From NCBI GenBank assembly GCA_963744995.1, contig CAVUWA010000002.1, forward strand, positions 768,001-832,000: 64,000 nt of DNA, given 5' to 3'. The notes beneath the pieces were generated by a model that was given only the letters and a program-made list of their open reading frames with translations, had not been told where the DNA came from and searched no databases. Below, in pieces: positions 55,524-64,000 of this stretch (position 1 is its first letter; the number at the start of each line of letters is the position of its first letter). Origin of the DNA: Candidatus Eiseniibacteriota bacterium. GTDB lineage: Bacteria > Eisenbacteria > RBG-16-71-46. A program made the position numbers and the translations under genes.

Positions 55524-56924
55524 ATGCATCCCGCAGGACTGCTCAGGCCGGTTCTCTTCGCCCTGCTGATCGCCGCCACCCCCGTCGCCGCCGCGGAGAC
55601 CACGGCGTACGTGGTCACCACCGACTTCGCGACCGGCAACATGGCGTCGATCTCGCTCGACACGCACGCGGTCGCCGCGAACGTGGCCAGCGTCCATTCC
55701 GACGCGCGCGCGCGCTGGCACGACGGGCTGCTGTACGTGGTCAACCGCTACGGCCAGGACAACGTCCAGGTGGTGGACCCCGCACAGGGCTTCGCCACGA
55801 TCCGTCAGTTCTCGACCGGGCCGGGCTCGAACCCGCACGACATCGCCTTCATCAGTCCGACGAAGGCCTATGTGACGCGCTTCGAACTCGGCGACCTGCT
55901 GATCGTGAACCCGCAGAACGGGGCCACGCTCGGGGTGATCCCGCTCGGTGCGTTCGCCGACGCCGACGGCATCCCCGAAATGGACCAGATGGTCCGCGTC
56001 GGCACGCGCGTGTTCGTGAGCCTCGAGCGGCTCGACCGCAACAACGGTTTCGTGCCCGCCGACTCGAGCCTGGTGGCGGTGATCGACACGCAGGCCGACA
56101 CCGTGATCGACGCGAACCCGCTGCAGGCCGGAATCCAGGCGATCCGCCTGCAGGGCACGCAGCCGTTCACCGAGTTCGCGTTCGACAAACCCACGTCGCG
56201 GCTGCTGATCGGCTGTGTCGGGAATTTCGGCGTGATGGACGGCGGCATCGAGCGCATCGATCCGGTGAATCTCGTGAGCGGCGGGTTCGCAATCAGCGAG
56301 GCGCAGCTCGGCGGCGACGTCAACGACCTCGTGTGGGACGGCCCCGCGCGCTCGTTCGCGATCGTCAGCGACGCCTCCTACAACACGCTGCTGGTCGCCT
56401 TCGACGCGAACGCCGGCGCGGTCACCGACACCGTGTTCGCGCCGGGCGGCTACAGCCTGGCCGACGCCGCGCTCGACGACCGCGGCGAGCTGTACGTCGC
56501 GAAGAACGATTTCAGCGCCCCCGGCGTGTTCGTGTTCGATGCCGCGACGGGTGCCGCGCTCGCCGGTCCCCTGAATACCGGGCTGCCGCCGTTCCAGATC
56601 GTGTTCGACGAGGAGAACGGGCAGGTGGCTTCGGTGCCGCGCGCCGGCGGCATCGCGCTCGCGCCGCCGTGGCCGAACCCGGCATCGCGGGAGGTGCAGT
56701 TCTCGGTCGCGCTGGAGCAGGCCGGCGAGCTCGACGTCGGTGTCTACGACGCCGCCGGTCGGCGCGTCCGCACCCTGTTCGCAGGTTCCGCCGCGGCGGG
56801 GATCCGCGCACTGCGCTGGGATCTCACGAGCGCCGGCGGCCGCCGTGCCCCCGCGGGGCTCTACTGGCTGAGCGTCGCGGGCGCGGGCGCGCGGCGGACG
56901 CGGCGGGTCGTCGTGCTGCCGTAG
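55524..56924 (+). CDS. Exported YncE/BtuG-like beta-propeller with C-terminal FlgD-Ig/CTD-like domain
   Basis: GGAGG RBS; SPI-type signal (PVAAA-ET); LYVVNRYGQDNVQVVD, SNPHDIAF..KAYVTR repeats; tail WPNPAS...VYDAAGRRVRTL...WDLTSAGG...AGLYWL. Confidence 0.85.
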   Translation: MHPAGLLRPVLFALLIAATPVAAAETTAYVVTTDFATGNMASISLDTHAVAANVASVHSDARARWHDGLLYVVNRYGQDNVQVVDPAQGFATIRQFSTGPGSNPHDIAFISPTKAYVTRFELGDLLIVNPQNGATLGVIPLGAFADADGIPEMDQMVRVGTRVFVSLERLDRNNGFVPADSSLVAVIDTQADTVIDANPLQAGIQAIRLQGTQPFTEFAFDKPTSRLLIGCVGNFGVMDGGIERIDPVNLVSGGFAISEAQLGGDVNDLVWDGPARSFAIVSDASYNTLLVAFDANAGAVTDTVFAPGGYSLADAALDDRGELYVAKNDFSAPGVFVFDAATGAALAGPLNTGLPPFQIVFDEENGQVASVPRAGGIALAPPWPNPASREVQFSVALEQAGELDVGVYDAAGRRVRTLFAGSAAAGIRALRWDLTSAGGRRAPAGLYWLSVAGAGARRTRRVVVLP

Positions 56925-56971
56925 CCCCGCCGGGCCGCGTCGCCGGCCCCACCGCGGCCGCGTGGACGCGC

Positions 56972-56993
56972 GGGCCCCGCCGCGGCGGGGCCC
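56972..56993. repeat. Perfect 22-bp GC palindrome between convergent genes
   Basis: GGGCCCCGCCGCGGCGGGGCCC. Confidence 0.5.
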
Positions 56994-57011
56994 CGCATCC
57001 TCCGCTCACGG

Positions 57012-59006
57012 CTACCGCAACTCGGCGCTCGCCCCCGCCACCTTCTTCCACGGCTCCTTGCGACCGCCCAGGTATTTCGCCAGGAACTCCTCGGTGCGTC
57101 CGTTGAAGTCCTCGCCGTTGGCCGGCCGGCCGAAGCCGTGGCCTTCGTCGGGATAGACCACGTACGTCACGTCGCGCCCGTGACGGCGCATGGCCTCGAC
57201 GATCTGGTTCGATGACGCGATCGTCACCCGCGGGTCGTTGGCGCCGTGCCCGATCAGCAGCGGCGCGCGGATCGTGTCCACGTGGTACAGCGGCGAGATC
57301 GCCCGGTTCAGCGAATCGTCGTGCATGACGTCGCCGACGCGCGAAATCCAGCGCTTGAGACGCGGCTTCCAGTAGGGTGGGAAGGAGGCGATCAGAACGC
57401 GCAGGTCCGAAGGGCCGACGACGTCCACGCCGCAGGCGTAGAGCTCCGGCGTGAACGCGAGCCCGGCGAGCGTCGCGTAGCCGCCGTAGGAGCCGCCCAT
57501 GATCCCGATCCGCTTCGGGTCGGCGATGCCCTGTGCGATTGCCCAGCGCACGCCGTCGCTGACGTCCTGCTGCATGTGACCGGTGCCCATCTGGCCCGTG
57601 CTGGCCGCCACGAACGCGTTGCCGAACCCGGTCGAGCCGCGGAATTCAGGCTGCAGAACCGCGTAGCCCCGGTTGGCGAGCCACTGCACCTCCAGATTGA
57701 AGCCCCACTCGTCGCGCGCCCACGGGCCGCCATGCGGCATCACCACCATCGGCAGATGCTTTGCCGGCACGCCGACCGGCAGCGTCAGAAACGCCGAGAT
57801 CTCGAGGCCGTCGCCGGCCTCGTAGGTCACCGGCTTCATCGGCGCGAACGTGTACTTGTCCAGCCCCGGCCGGTGCTCGAACAGCAGCTCGAGGTCGCCG
57901 CTCCGCCGATCGTAGACGTAGTACGCACCGGGATGAACGTCCGAATAGAACGCCACGATCCAGCGCCGGTCGTCGCGATCGCGGCTCACGACGTCGAACG
58001 CCCCTTTGCCTGCCTCGCGCAGGCGCGCGAAGTCCTTTTCGAGCGCAGGATCGACGACCCGCCACTCGGGAATCATCCGGTGCACCCTGTAGGCCTGAAT
58101 CGCATCGTTCACGGGCGAGGTCATCACGGCCACCGGGAAGAATTCCTGTGACACGCTGAGCGCGTTGTAGAGGTCGTTCTTCGGGTCGGCCGGGATCAGG
58201 TCGTGCTGCGCGCCGCTCGCGAGGTCGACCTCGACGATGCGCGTGGTATTGGAGCCGACACAGGACTGCACGCGCAGCGCACGGCCGTCGGGCGAAAAGC
58301 CGAGCACGCGCTGGAAGCGATCGAACCCCGCCTCCTCGAACGACCACTTCAGCAGGTCGCGCCACGGTCCGCCCGCTTCGTCGCGCACCCGGATGATCGC
58401 GCTGCCCTGGTCGTCGATGGCCGCGCACGCGCGGATGTGGAAGTCGGCGTCGGCCACCCATTCGACCACGCCGCCCGGGTTTTCGGCCTCGAGCGTGACG
58501 TCGCCCGTCTCGAGGTTCACCCGGTACATGTCGATGACGGCCGGATCGCGCCGGTTGAGGCCCACCAGAACCACGTCGCGGTGGCGCGGGTCGGTGAGCA
58601 GGTTCGCGGCGCGCACGCCGGGGAACGGCGTCAGGTCGCGCGCGGCGCCCCCCGCGAGGTCGGTGGACCACAGGTGCCAGTTCTCGTCGCCGTCGCGGTC
58701 CTGGATGTAGAGCAGCCGGTCGCCGGCGGGGGCCCACGCGTAGGCGTAGACCCCGCGCTTCGTCGCGCGGGTGAGCTGGCGATCTTCGCGGGTGCCGACC
58801 TTCCGCACGAACAGATTGCGGATCCCCCCCTCTCCGGCGCCGGCGAAGGCGAGGTGGACGCCGTCCGGCGAGATCTGCGGATCGCCGTGGTCGGCCGGGG
58901 CGAACAGTTCGGCGCGCGGCACGAGCGGCGGCAGGGCCGCCGTCGCGGGCATCGTGGCGCCCAGCAGCAGCAGCACGGCGAGCATCGAAGCGAAATGGAA
59001 AGCCAT
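57012..59006 (-). CDS. S9 family peptidase (dipeptidyl aminopeptidase/acylaminoacyl peptidase)
   Basis: Signal, propeller (ISPDG, DRDGDENW), PHGGPWARD, GGSYGGY, GANDPRV, DEGHGF. Confidence 0.95.
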   Translation of the reverse strand: MAFHFASMLAVLLLLGATMPATAALPPLVPRAELFAPADHGDPQISPDGVHLAFAGAGEGGIRNLFVRKVGTREDRQLTRATKRGVYAYAWAPAGDRLLYIQDRDGDENWHLWSTDLAGGAARDLTPFPGVRAANLLTDPRHRDVVLVGLNRRDPAVIDMYRVNLETGDVTLEAENPGGVVEWVADADFHIRACAAIDDQGSAIIRVRDEAGGPWRDLLKWSFEEAGFDRFQRVLGFSPDGRALRVQSCVGSNTTRIVEVDLASGAQHDLIPADPKNDLYNALSVSQEFFPVAVMTSPVNDAIQAYRVHRMIPEWRVVDPALEKDFARLREAGKGAFDVVSRDRDDRRWIVAFYSDVHPGAYYVYDRRSGDLELLFEHRPGLDKYTFAPMKPVTYEAGDGLEISAFLTLPVGVPAKHLPMVVMPHGGPWARDEWGFNLEVQWLANRGYAVLQPEFRGSTGFGNAFVAASTGQMGTGHMQQDVSDGVRWAIAQGIADPKRIGIMGGSYGGYATLAGLAFTPELYACGVDVVGPSDLRVLIASFPPYWKPRLKRWISRVGDVMHDDSLNRAISPLYHVDTIRAPLLIGHGANDPRVTIASSNQIVEAMRRHGRDVTYVVYPDEGHGFGRPANGEDFNGRTEEFLAKYLGGRKEPWKKVAGASAELR

Positions 59007-59271
59007 GGCGTCTCCTGACAGGGTGTCTCGGGTCGACCGACTGGTGTGGTGAGAACGCTTTGCATCCGGACGGCCGTGAGCCATCATCGCACGCTACGCG
59101 CCCGGCGGCGCGAATGTTTCGGGCGCGGCCCGGCGCCGCCGGACGGATCGGAATCGCGGACCTGCGCCGCAGGGCACATCGAACGGGAGGGAGAGGATGG
59201 TCGAGAAGCCGAAGTTCGCCGGAACGCTGCGCCGCGCGACCGCGGTCCCCCACGCGCCGGGACATCGCGGC

Positions 59272-60651
59272 ATGCATCGCGTTCACCTCGCCGGACTGGC
59301 CCTGCTCGCCCTGTGCGCCTGCGCACCGCTCGCGGCCCACGCCGCACCGGGGATGCCGGCGCCCGCACGCGTCCAGGGCGACGCCGCCGGGATGGGCGCA
59401 ACGGACGCTGCGGCCGACTCCGCCGCAGGGGACAGCAGCCTCGCGGCGGCGCCGAGCGCGGAAGACTACCTCGCCGAGGTACGCGCGGCGTTCACCCCCG
59501 AGAACCGGCGCTACGCGCAGACCGGGGTCGTGCTGCAACTGGTCGGGCCGCTCTACGCGGTTCTGGTCGGCCTGCTGATCCTGTTCGCCGGCTGGTCGGC
59601 GAGGATGCGGAACGCCGCGGTGAAGGTCACGCGCTTCCGCTACGTCCACACGCTGGTGTTCGTGATCCTCTACACCCTGCTGGCCACGCTGCTCACGCTG
59701 CCGCTCAGCTGGTATTCCGGCTTCTCGGTCGAGCACCAGTACGGGCTCTCGAATCAGTCCCTCTCGCAGTGGTCGATCGAGCAGCTGAAGGGCATGGGCA
59801 TCGGGATCGCCGCGCTGGGCGTCGTGCCGCTCATCTATCTCGCCTACGGGGCGATCCGCAAGTCGAAGCGCTGGTGGATGTGGCTGGGCTTCGGCACGCT
59901 GCCGGTGATCGTGATTCTGGTGCTGATTCAGCCGCTGGTGATCGATCCGGTGTTCAACAAGTTCAAGCCGCTCGAGGACAAGCAGCTCGAGACGCGGGTG
60001 CTCGCGCTCGCCGAGAAGACCGGCATTCCGGGCCGCCATGTCTACCAGGTGGACAAGAGCGAGCAGACCAAGAAGCTCAACGCCTACGTCAACGGCTTCG
60101 GCGCCTCGCAGCGCGTGGTGTTCTGGGACACGATCATCAAGGCGATGGACACCGACGAGCTGGTGTTCGTCGCGGGTCACGAGATGGGCCACTACGTGCT
60201 CGGCCACGTGTGGAAATCGATCCTGTTCCTGTTCGCGCTGAGCTTCATCCTCTTCTACCTGAGCGCGAAGGCGATGGGAGCCCTGACGCGCCGCTTCGGC
60301 GGGCGCTGGGGCTTCACCGAACTCCACGACCTCGCTTCGCTGCCGCTGCTCGCGATGACGCTCACCGTCGTGTCGTTCCTCGCCCAGCCGGCGATGTTCG
60401 CGTTCACCCGCTTCCAGGAGCACCAGGCCGACATGTTCGCGCTCGAGGCCACGCATCTGAACGACGCCGGGGCACGCGCATTCATCAAGCTCGGCAGCCA
60501 GAACAAGAGCGACCCCGAGCCCTCCGCGCTGGAAACCTGGCTGCTGTGGACCCACCCGCCGCTCATCCAGCGGGTGAAGTTCATGGAGTCCTACAGGCCG
60601 TGGGAGGAAGGCAGGCCGAACCGGCTGTTCCACGGGAAGCACCAGAGTTAG
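59272..60651 (+). CDS. M48 family (Ste24/CAAX-like) zinc metalloprotease (start 59272 or 59197)
   Basis: TM helices, EHQYGLSNQ, NAYVNGFG..QRVVFWDT, HEMGH, EHQAD.FA, THPPLIQR. Confidence 0.93.
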   Translation: MHRVHLAGLALLALCACAPLAAHAAPGMPAPARVQGDAAGMGATDAAADSAAGDSSLAAAPSAEDYLAEVRAAFTPENRRYAQTGVVLQLVGPLYAVLVGLLILFAGWSARMRNAAVKVTRFRYVHTLVFVILYTLLATLLTLPLSWYSGFSVEHQYGLSNQSLSQWSIEQLKGMGIGIAALGVVPLIYLAYGAIRKSKRWWMWLGFGTLPVIVILVLIQPLVIDPVFNKFKPLEDKQLETRVLALAEKTGIPGRHVYQVDKSEQTKKLNAYVNGFGASQRVVFWDTIIKAMDTDELVFVAGHEMGHYVLGHVWKSILFLFALSFILFYLSAKAMGALTRRFGGRWGFTELHDLASLPLLAMTLTVVSFLAQPAMFAFTRFQEHQADMFALEATHLNDAGARAFIKLGSQNKSDPEPSALETWLLWTHPPLIQRVKFMESYRPWEEGRPNRLFHGKHQS

Positions 60652-60657
60652 CGCGGC

Positions 60658-60694
60658 CCGCCGGCGGGGGATGGAGACATGATCCCGCCGGCGG
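60658..60694. terminator. Inverted repeat downstream of the M48 peptidase
   Basis: CCGCCGGCGGG (60658-60668) pairs with CCCGCCGGCGG (60684-60694). Confidence 0.4.
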
Positions 60695-60789
60695 ACCCCG
60701 GACCCTGGCCGTCCTCCTTCCGGTCAGCCTGCGGCGCGCCCGGCCTCGAAGGCGGCGGCCGGGGCCCGGCCGCGCGGCGCGGCGCCGCG

Positions 60790-62670
60790 TCAGCCGCCGC
60801 GCACCTCGATCACGGTGCGCGCTTCGTGGCGGTCGAGGGAGGTCACCAGGCGCTTGGTCGACTCGAGGCGGCCGAAGTCCGAGGCGTGCTCGGCGTTCTC
60901 GAGCGACCACTCGCCGCCGTCGCTCTCGATGCGGGCCACGATGGGCACGGCGAGCGCGCGGCCGTCGTGGGCGGGCACCTCGATCGTCACCCGGCGGCCG
61001 TCGATCTCCACCGACGCGCCCGGCGGCAGCGGGAAGGCCAGGAACGGCGCCGGCCCCTCGACGCGATCGTGCAGCTCGATCCGGCCGGGCCGCACGTCCA
61101 CGTTCCGGAAATGGCGCTCGCCGGTCCACCAGGTGCAGACGGCACCGCGCTCGCCCGTGTCCACGCGGGCGCGGCGTCCCCACAGGAACGCCCCCAGCAT
61201 CTCGCTCTGGCTGCGGTGGCCGAAGTGCGCCGTCGCGTGCGACGGCGTCGCGCGGCAGCGGTCGCGCGCGGCGGGATCGGCGTGATAGGAGAACGTGCCG
61301 GGATCGGCGATCAGCGGCACTGCGCCGGCGTGCACGGTGATCGCGAGCGCATCGGCGTGGCCGTGCGCCGCGAGCGAGCCGTAACCGAGCGGGCCGTGGT
61401 CGAACGTGACCAGCAGGTCGCCGTGGCGCCACGCGGTGTAACCGCCGTCCGCGAAGCGCAGTTCGCCCTGGCGCGGCGGCGTGGCGGGACGCGCGGCGCG
61501 GCCGGTGAGCAGCAGCGCGAGCTCGCGGGCCGAATCGTCGAGCCCCGCCGCGCCTTCGCCGAGCCACGCGGCCAGCGCGCCGCCCACCAGGTCGAGGCGT
61601 GGCGCGTCGAGCTCGGCGAGCAGCACCCGGGCGCCGTCTTCGTCGCCGATCGAGGGCAGCCGCCCGTTCGGCAGCCTGAGGTCGCGGGCGAAGGCGAGGG
61701 TCGCCGCGAGCCGCTCGCGCACCTCGGGACGCGTCGGCCGCCCGGCCGCCTCGGCGGCGACGAGCGGCAGCAGCAGCAGCTCCCAGATGAACGGCAGGTA
61801 GCCGAACGCCTGCTCGGCGGGGACGCCGTCCGGATGGAGCTGGGCGAGCGCTTCGTGTTCGAGCCCGCTCGCGCCGCGCTCGAGGAGCACTGCGGCGTCC
61901 TCGAGTGACGGGTGCATGGCGCCCATCACGGTCATCGCCGCATATTCGGCGATCAGGTGATTGTTGGCGCTCGAGCCGAGACTCAGGTGATCGCGGCAGT
62001 GGAGCGCCTGCTGCGCCATCAGCCCGAGCGCCGCGCGGCGCGTGCCGGGAGCGAGCCGTTCGCCGAGCAGCGCCAGCGTCCACTGCATCGTCATCACCCG
62101 TACCGCCATCTCGATGCCGCTCGTGTAGTGGACGCCGTGGCCGAGCGGATTCTGCTCGTTCCAGTCGGCGAGCCAGCGTTCGCAGCGCGCGGCGAGCGCC
62201 TCGTCGTCACCGAGCCGCGCCGCGAGCGCCAGCGTCGGCAGCATCGTCAACCGGCCGAGCTCCCAGGTCCACTTGACGCCGCCTGCCTCGTCGGCACGCC
62301 GATAGTCGATCCGCCTGGACGAGACGTCGGGCCAGCGGTCGCCCGTCGCATAGTTGCGGTTCCAGTCGGGCGGATCGTCGAGCCGCACGTCCCGGCCGAA
62401 CAGCGACCAGTGCCCCGCGCCGAGACGGCGTCCGGCTTCGAGGACACGAGCCCCCGCGCCCGCCAGGGCGTCGGGATGAGCGAGCCGCGCGGCGCGCCCG
62501 GCGTCGTCGGCCGTCCCCGGCGCGAACAGGCGCTCGGCGGCTTCCAGCGACGTCCACAGCTCCCACGCGGGCGGTGCGAGGCGGGAGCGCAGCAGCGTGC
62601 GCAGGCGGTGGATGATCTCGCTCGCGCTCATGGCGCTCAGCCGCCTCAGGGCCCACGGGACTCCGCTCAA
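60790..62670 (-). CDS. Heparinase II/III-like (alginate lyase family) protein
   Basis: TTG after GGAG; RRLSAMSASEIIHR, KWTWELGR, SSANNHLIAE, IGDEDG, AHGHADAL, DPGTFSY...SHAT. Confidence 0.9.
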   Translation of the reverse strand: MSGVPWALRRLSAMSASEIIHRLRTLLRSRLAPPAWELWTSLEAAERLFAPGTADDAGRAARLAHPDALAGAGARVLEAGRRLGAGHWSLFGRDVRLDDPPDWNRNYATGDRWPDVSSRRIDYRRADEAGGVKWTWELGRLTMLPTLALAARLGDDEALAARCERWLADWNEQNPLGHGVHYTSGIEMAVRVMTMQWTLALLGERLAPGTRRAALGLMAQQALHCRDHLSLGSSANNHLIAEYAAMTVMGAMHPSLEDAAVLLERGASGLEHEALAQLHPDGVPAEQAFGYLPFIWELLLLPLVAAEAAGRPTRPEVRERLAATLAFARDLRLPNGRLPSIGDEDGARVLLAELDAPRLDLVGGALAAWLGEGAAGLDDSARELALLLTGRAARPATPPRQGELRFADGGYTAWRHGDLLVTFDHGPLGYGSLAAHGHADALAITVHAGAVPLIADPGTFSYHADPAARDRCRATPSHATAHFGHRSQSEMLGAFLWGRRARVDTGERGAVCTWWTGERHFRNVDVRPGRIELHDRVEGPAPFLAFPLPPGASVEIDGRRVTIEVPAHDGRALAVPIVARIESDGGEWSLENAEHASDFGRLESTKRLVTSLDRHEARTVIEVRGG

Positions 62671-62871
62671 GAGCACGCTCCAGGTGGAAGATCGGACGAA
62701 GGGATCGCCCGATCCTAGCCCGATCCGTTCGTGCACCGCGAACCGGGGAGCGGGCAGGCCTGCAGCTCGCGCACGCCAGCGGCGGCCCGCGCCGCGCCGC
62801 GCGACGGCGAAGCGGCGCCCGCATGCCGCCCCGATCTGGCGGCCCGGGCGGTTCACTGGCATGATGGCGGC

Positions 62872-63591
62872 GTGTCCGCCCATTCGCCCGCCCACGGTTC
62901 CGGCGCCATCGCCTGGCTCTTCGACGTGGACGGCACGCTGCTCACCACCGAGGGTGCGGCCACGCAGTCGTTCTCCCTGGCGCTCCGCGACGTGTTCGGC
63001 ATCGTCGACGACCTCGCGGACGTCCCGTTCGCCGGCCGCATCGAGCCGCTGATCTTCGGCGACGTCGTCGCGAAACACGGGCTGCGCGTGGACGCGGCCG
63101 CCGAGGCGCGCTTCTGGAACGCGGTCTTCGACCACGCCCGGCGTCTCATGGTGCCGCCGCGCGGGCGGCTGATGCCGGGCGTGCCGGACATCGTCGATCG
63201 CGTGGCCGCGCGCGACGGCTGGGTGCCGGGGCTGCTCACCGGAAACATGTCGCAGATGGCGGCGATCAAGCTGCGCCGTTTCGGGCTCGAGAGCCGTTTC
63301 GCGTTCGGCGCATTCGGCGAAATGGCGCAGGACCGGAACGCACTCGCAAGGCTCGCGGTGGCGCGGGTCCACGAGACGCGCGGCATTCCGCCCGCCCGCT
63401 GCGTCGTGATCGGCGACACCGAGCACGACATCGCCTGTGCGCGCGCGGCGGGAGCGCATTCGATCGCGGTCGCAACGGGCTTCACGTCGCGGGCCACGCT
63501 CGCCGCGCACGCGCCGGACCTGCTGCTCGATGATCTGGCGGACCCGGTGCCGCTGTTCGATTGGGCGGAGCGGCTGGCGGCGCGGGTCTGA
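62872..63591 (+). CDS. HAD-superfamily hydrolase
   Basis: FDVDGTLL, LLTGN, K of AAIKL, VIGDTEHDIACA. Confidence 0.9.
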   Translation: MSAHSPAHGSGAIAWLFDVDGTLLTTEGAATQSFSLALRDVFGIVDDLADVPFAGRIEPLIFGDVVAKHGLRVDAAAEARFWNAVFDHARRLMVPPRGRLMPGVPDIVDRVAARDGWVPGLLTGNMSQMAAIKLRRFGLESRFAFGAFGEMAQDRNALARLAVARVHETRGIPPARCVVIGDTEHDIACARAAGAHSIAVATGFTSRATLAAHAPDLLLDDLADPVPLFDWAERLAARV

Positions 63592-63613
63592 AGCAGCAGC
63601 CGCCGGCGTCGGC

Positions 63614-64000
63614 TCAGCCGCCGTTCTCGTCGAGGTCCCGCCGCGCCGTTTCGAAGAGGTGGAGCGCGGCGTCGAGATCGGTGGCGACCGGCGCCTCGGG
63701 GAACTCGGCGCGCAGCTTCTCCACCGGGCGGTAGAGCACCGGGTAGTCGCACTCCCGCAGGAGCGACATGTCGTTCATGCTGTCGCCCATCGCCGCGACC
63801 GCGAACCCGGCGCTGCGGAATCCGGAGACGATCCGCTCCTTCTGACCGCGGATCCGCAACTTGAACCCGTTGATGCGACCCGAGGTGTCGAGCTCGAAAC
63901 GGTTCGCGAACAGGTTGACGCCGCCGAGCTTGCCGGTGAGCGGGTCCGACAGCTCGTGGAACGTGTCGCTGATGATCACCACGTTGCCCATGCGACGCAG
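63614..64000 (-). CDS. thrH: Phosphoserine phosphatase/homoserine phosphotransferase, 3' part (start outside the window)
   Basis: VVIISDTF, LFANRF...GFKLR..QK, AMGDSMNDMSLL, LYRP...EFP. Confidence 0.8.
   Translation of the reverse strand: MRRMGNVVIISDTFHELSDPLTGKLGGVNLFANRFELDTSGRINGFKLRIRGQKERIVSGFRSAGFAVAAMGDSMNDMSLLRECDYPVLYRPVEKLRAEFPEAPVATDLDAALHLFETARRDLDENGG

Noticed and set aside
62671..63510. 906-aa version of the heparinase ORF
   Set aside because: The extension is antisense to the HAD hydrolase; family similarity begins near 62670.
1..64000. CRISPR arrays, tRNA/rRNA, transposases, integrases, phage genes
   Set aside because: No regularly spaced repeats, cloverleafs or mobile-element motifs seen by eye; a covariance-model scan was not possible.

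Overview
This is a very GC-rich (roughly 70% or more by eye), gene-dense chromosomal segment of a diderm bacterium. Two TonB-dependent receptors, a Hanks kinase with a TolB-like propeller, and several exported proteins ending in a PNP...W.G....G.Y FlgD-Ig/T9SS-CTD-like domain point to an FCB-related lineage such as Candidatus Eisenbacteria (inference only). About 55 real genes are supported; the many long overlapping ORFs in the track are high-GC shadow frames. Recognisable genes include ligA (5' part), glpD-glpK, modABC, fabI, a family-5 UDG, S9 and M48 peptidases, a KimA-like transporter and thrH (3' part). A clear cobalamin riboswitch lies at about 53141-53301. I saw no rRNA, tRNA, CRISPR array, IS or prophage. 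Best candidates for undescribed biology: (1) a B12-riboswitch operon pairing a BtuB-like receptor with a non-lipidated beta-propeller carrying a C-terminal sorting-like domain, possibly a secreted cobalamin-capture protein; (2) a divergent, translationally coupled three-gene operon of large unknown surface proteins; (3) a signal peptide/Ig/linker/Pro-tail ORF followed by a structured spacer before another TonB receptor, resembling a SecM/CruR-type nascent-chain sensor; (4) two hydrolase-fold proteins lacking catalytic residues, one fused to a sulfatase; (5) a small decay zone near 39.8-40.5 kb with two gene remnants. All family assignments come from motif recognition, not database searches.
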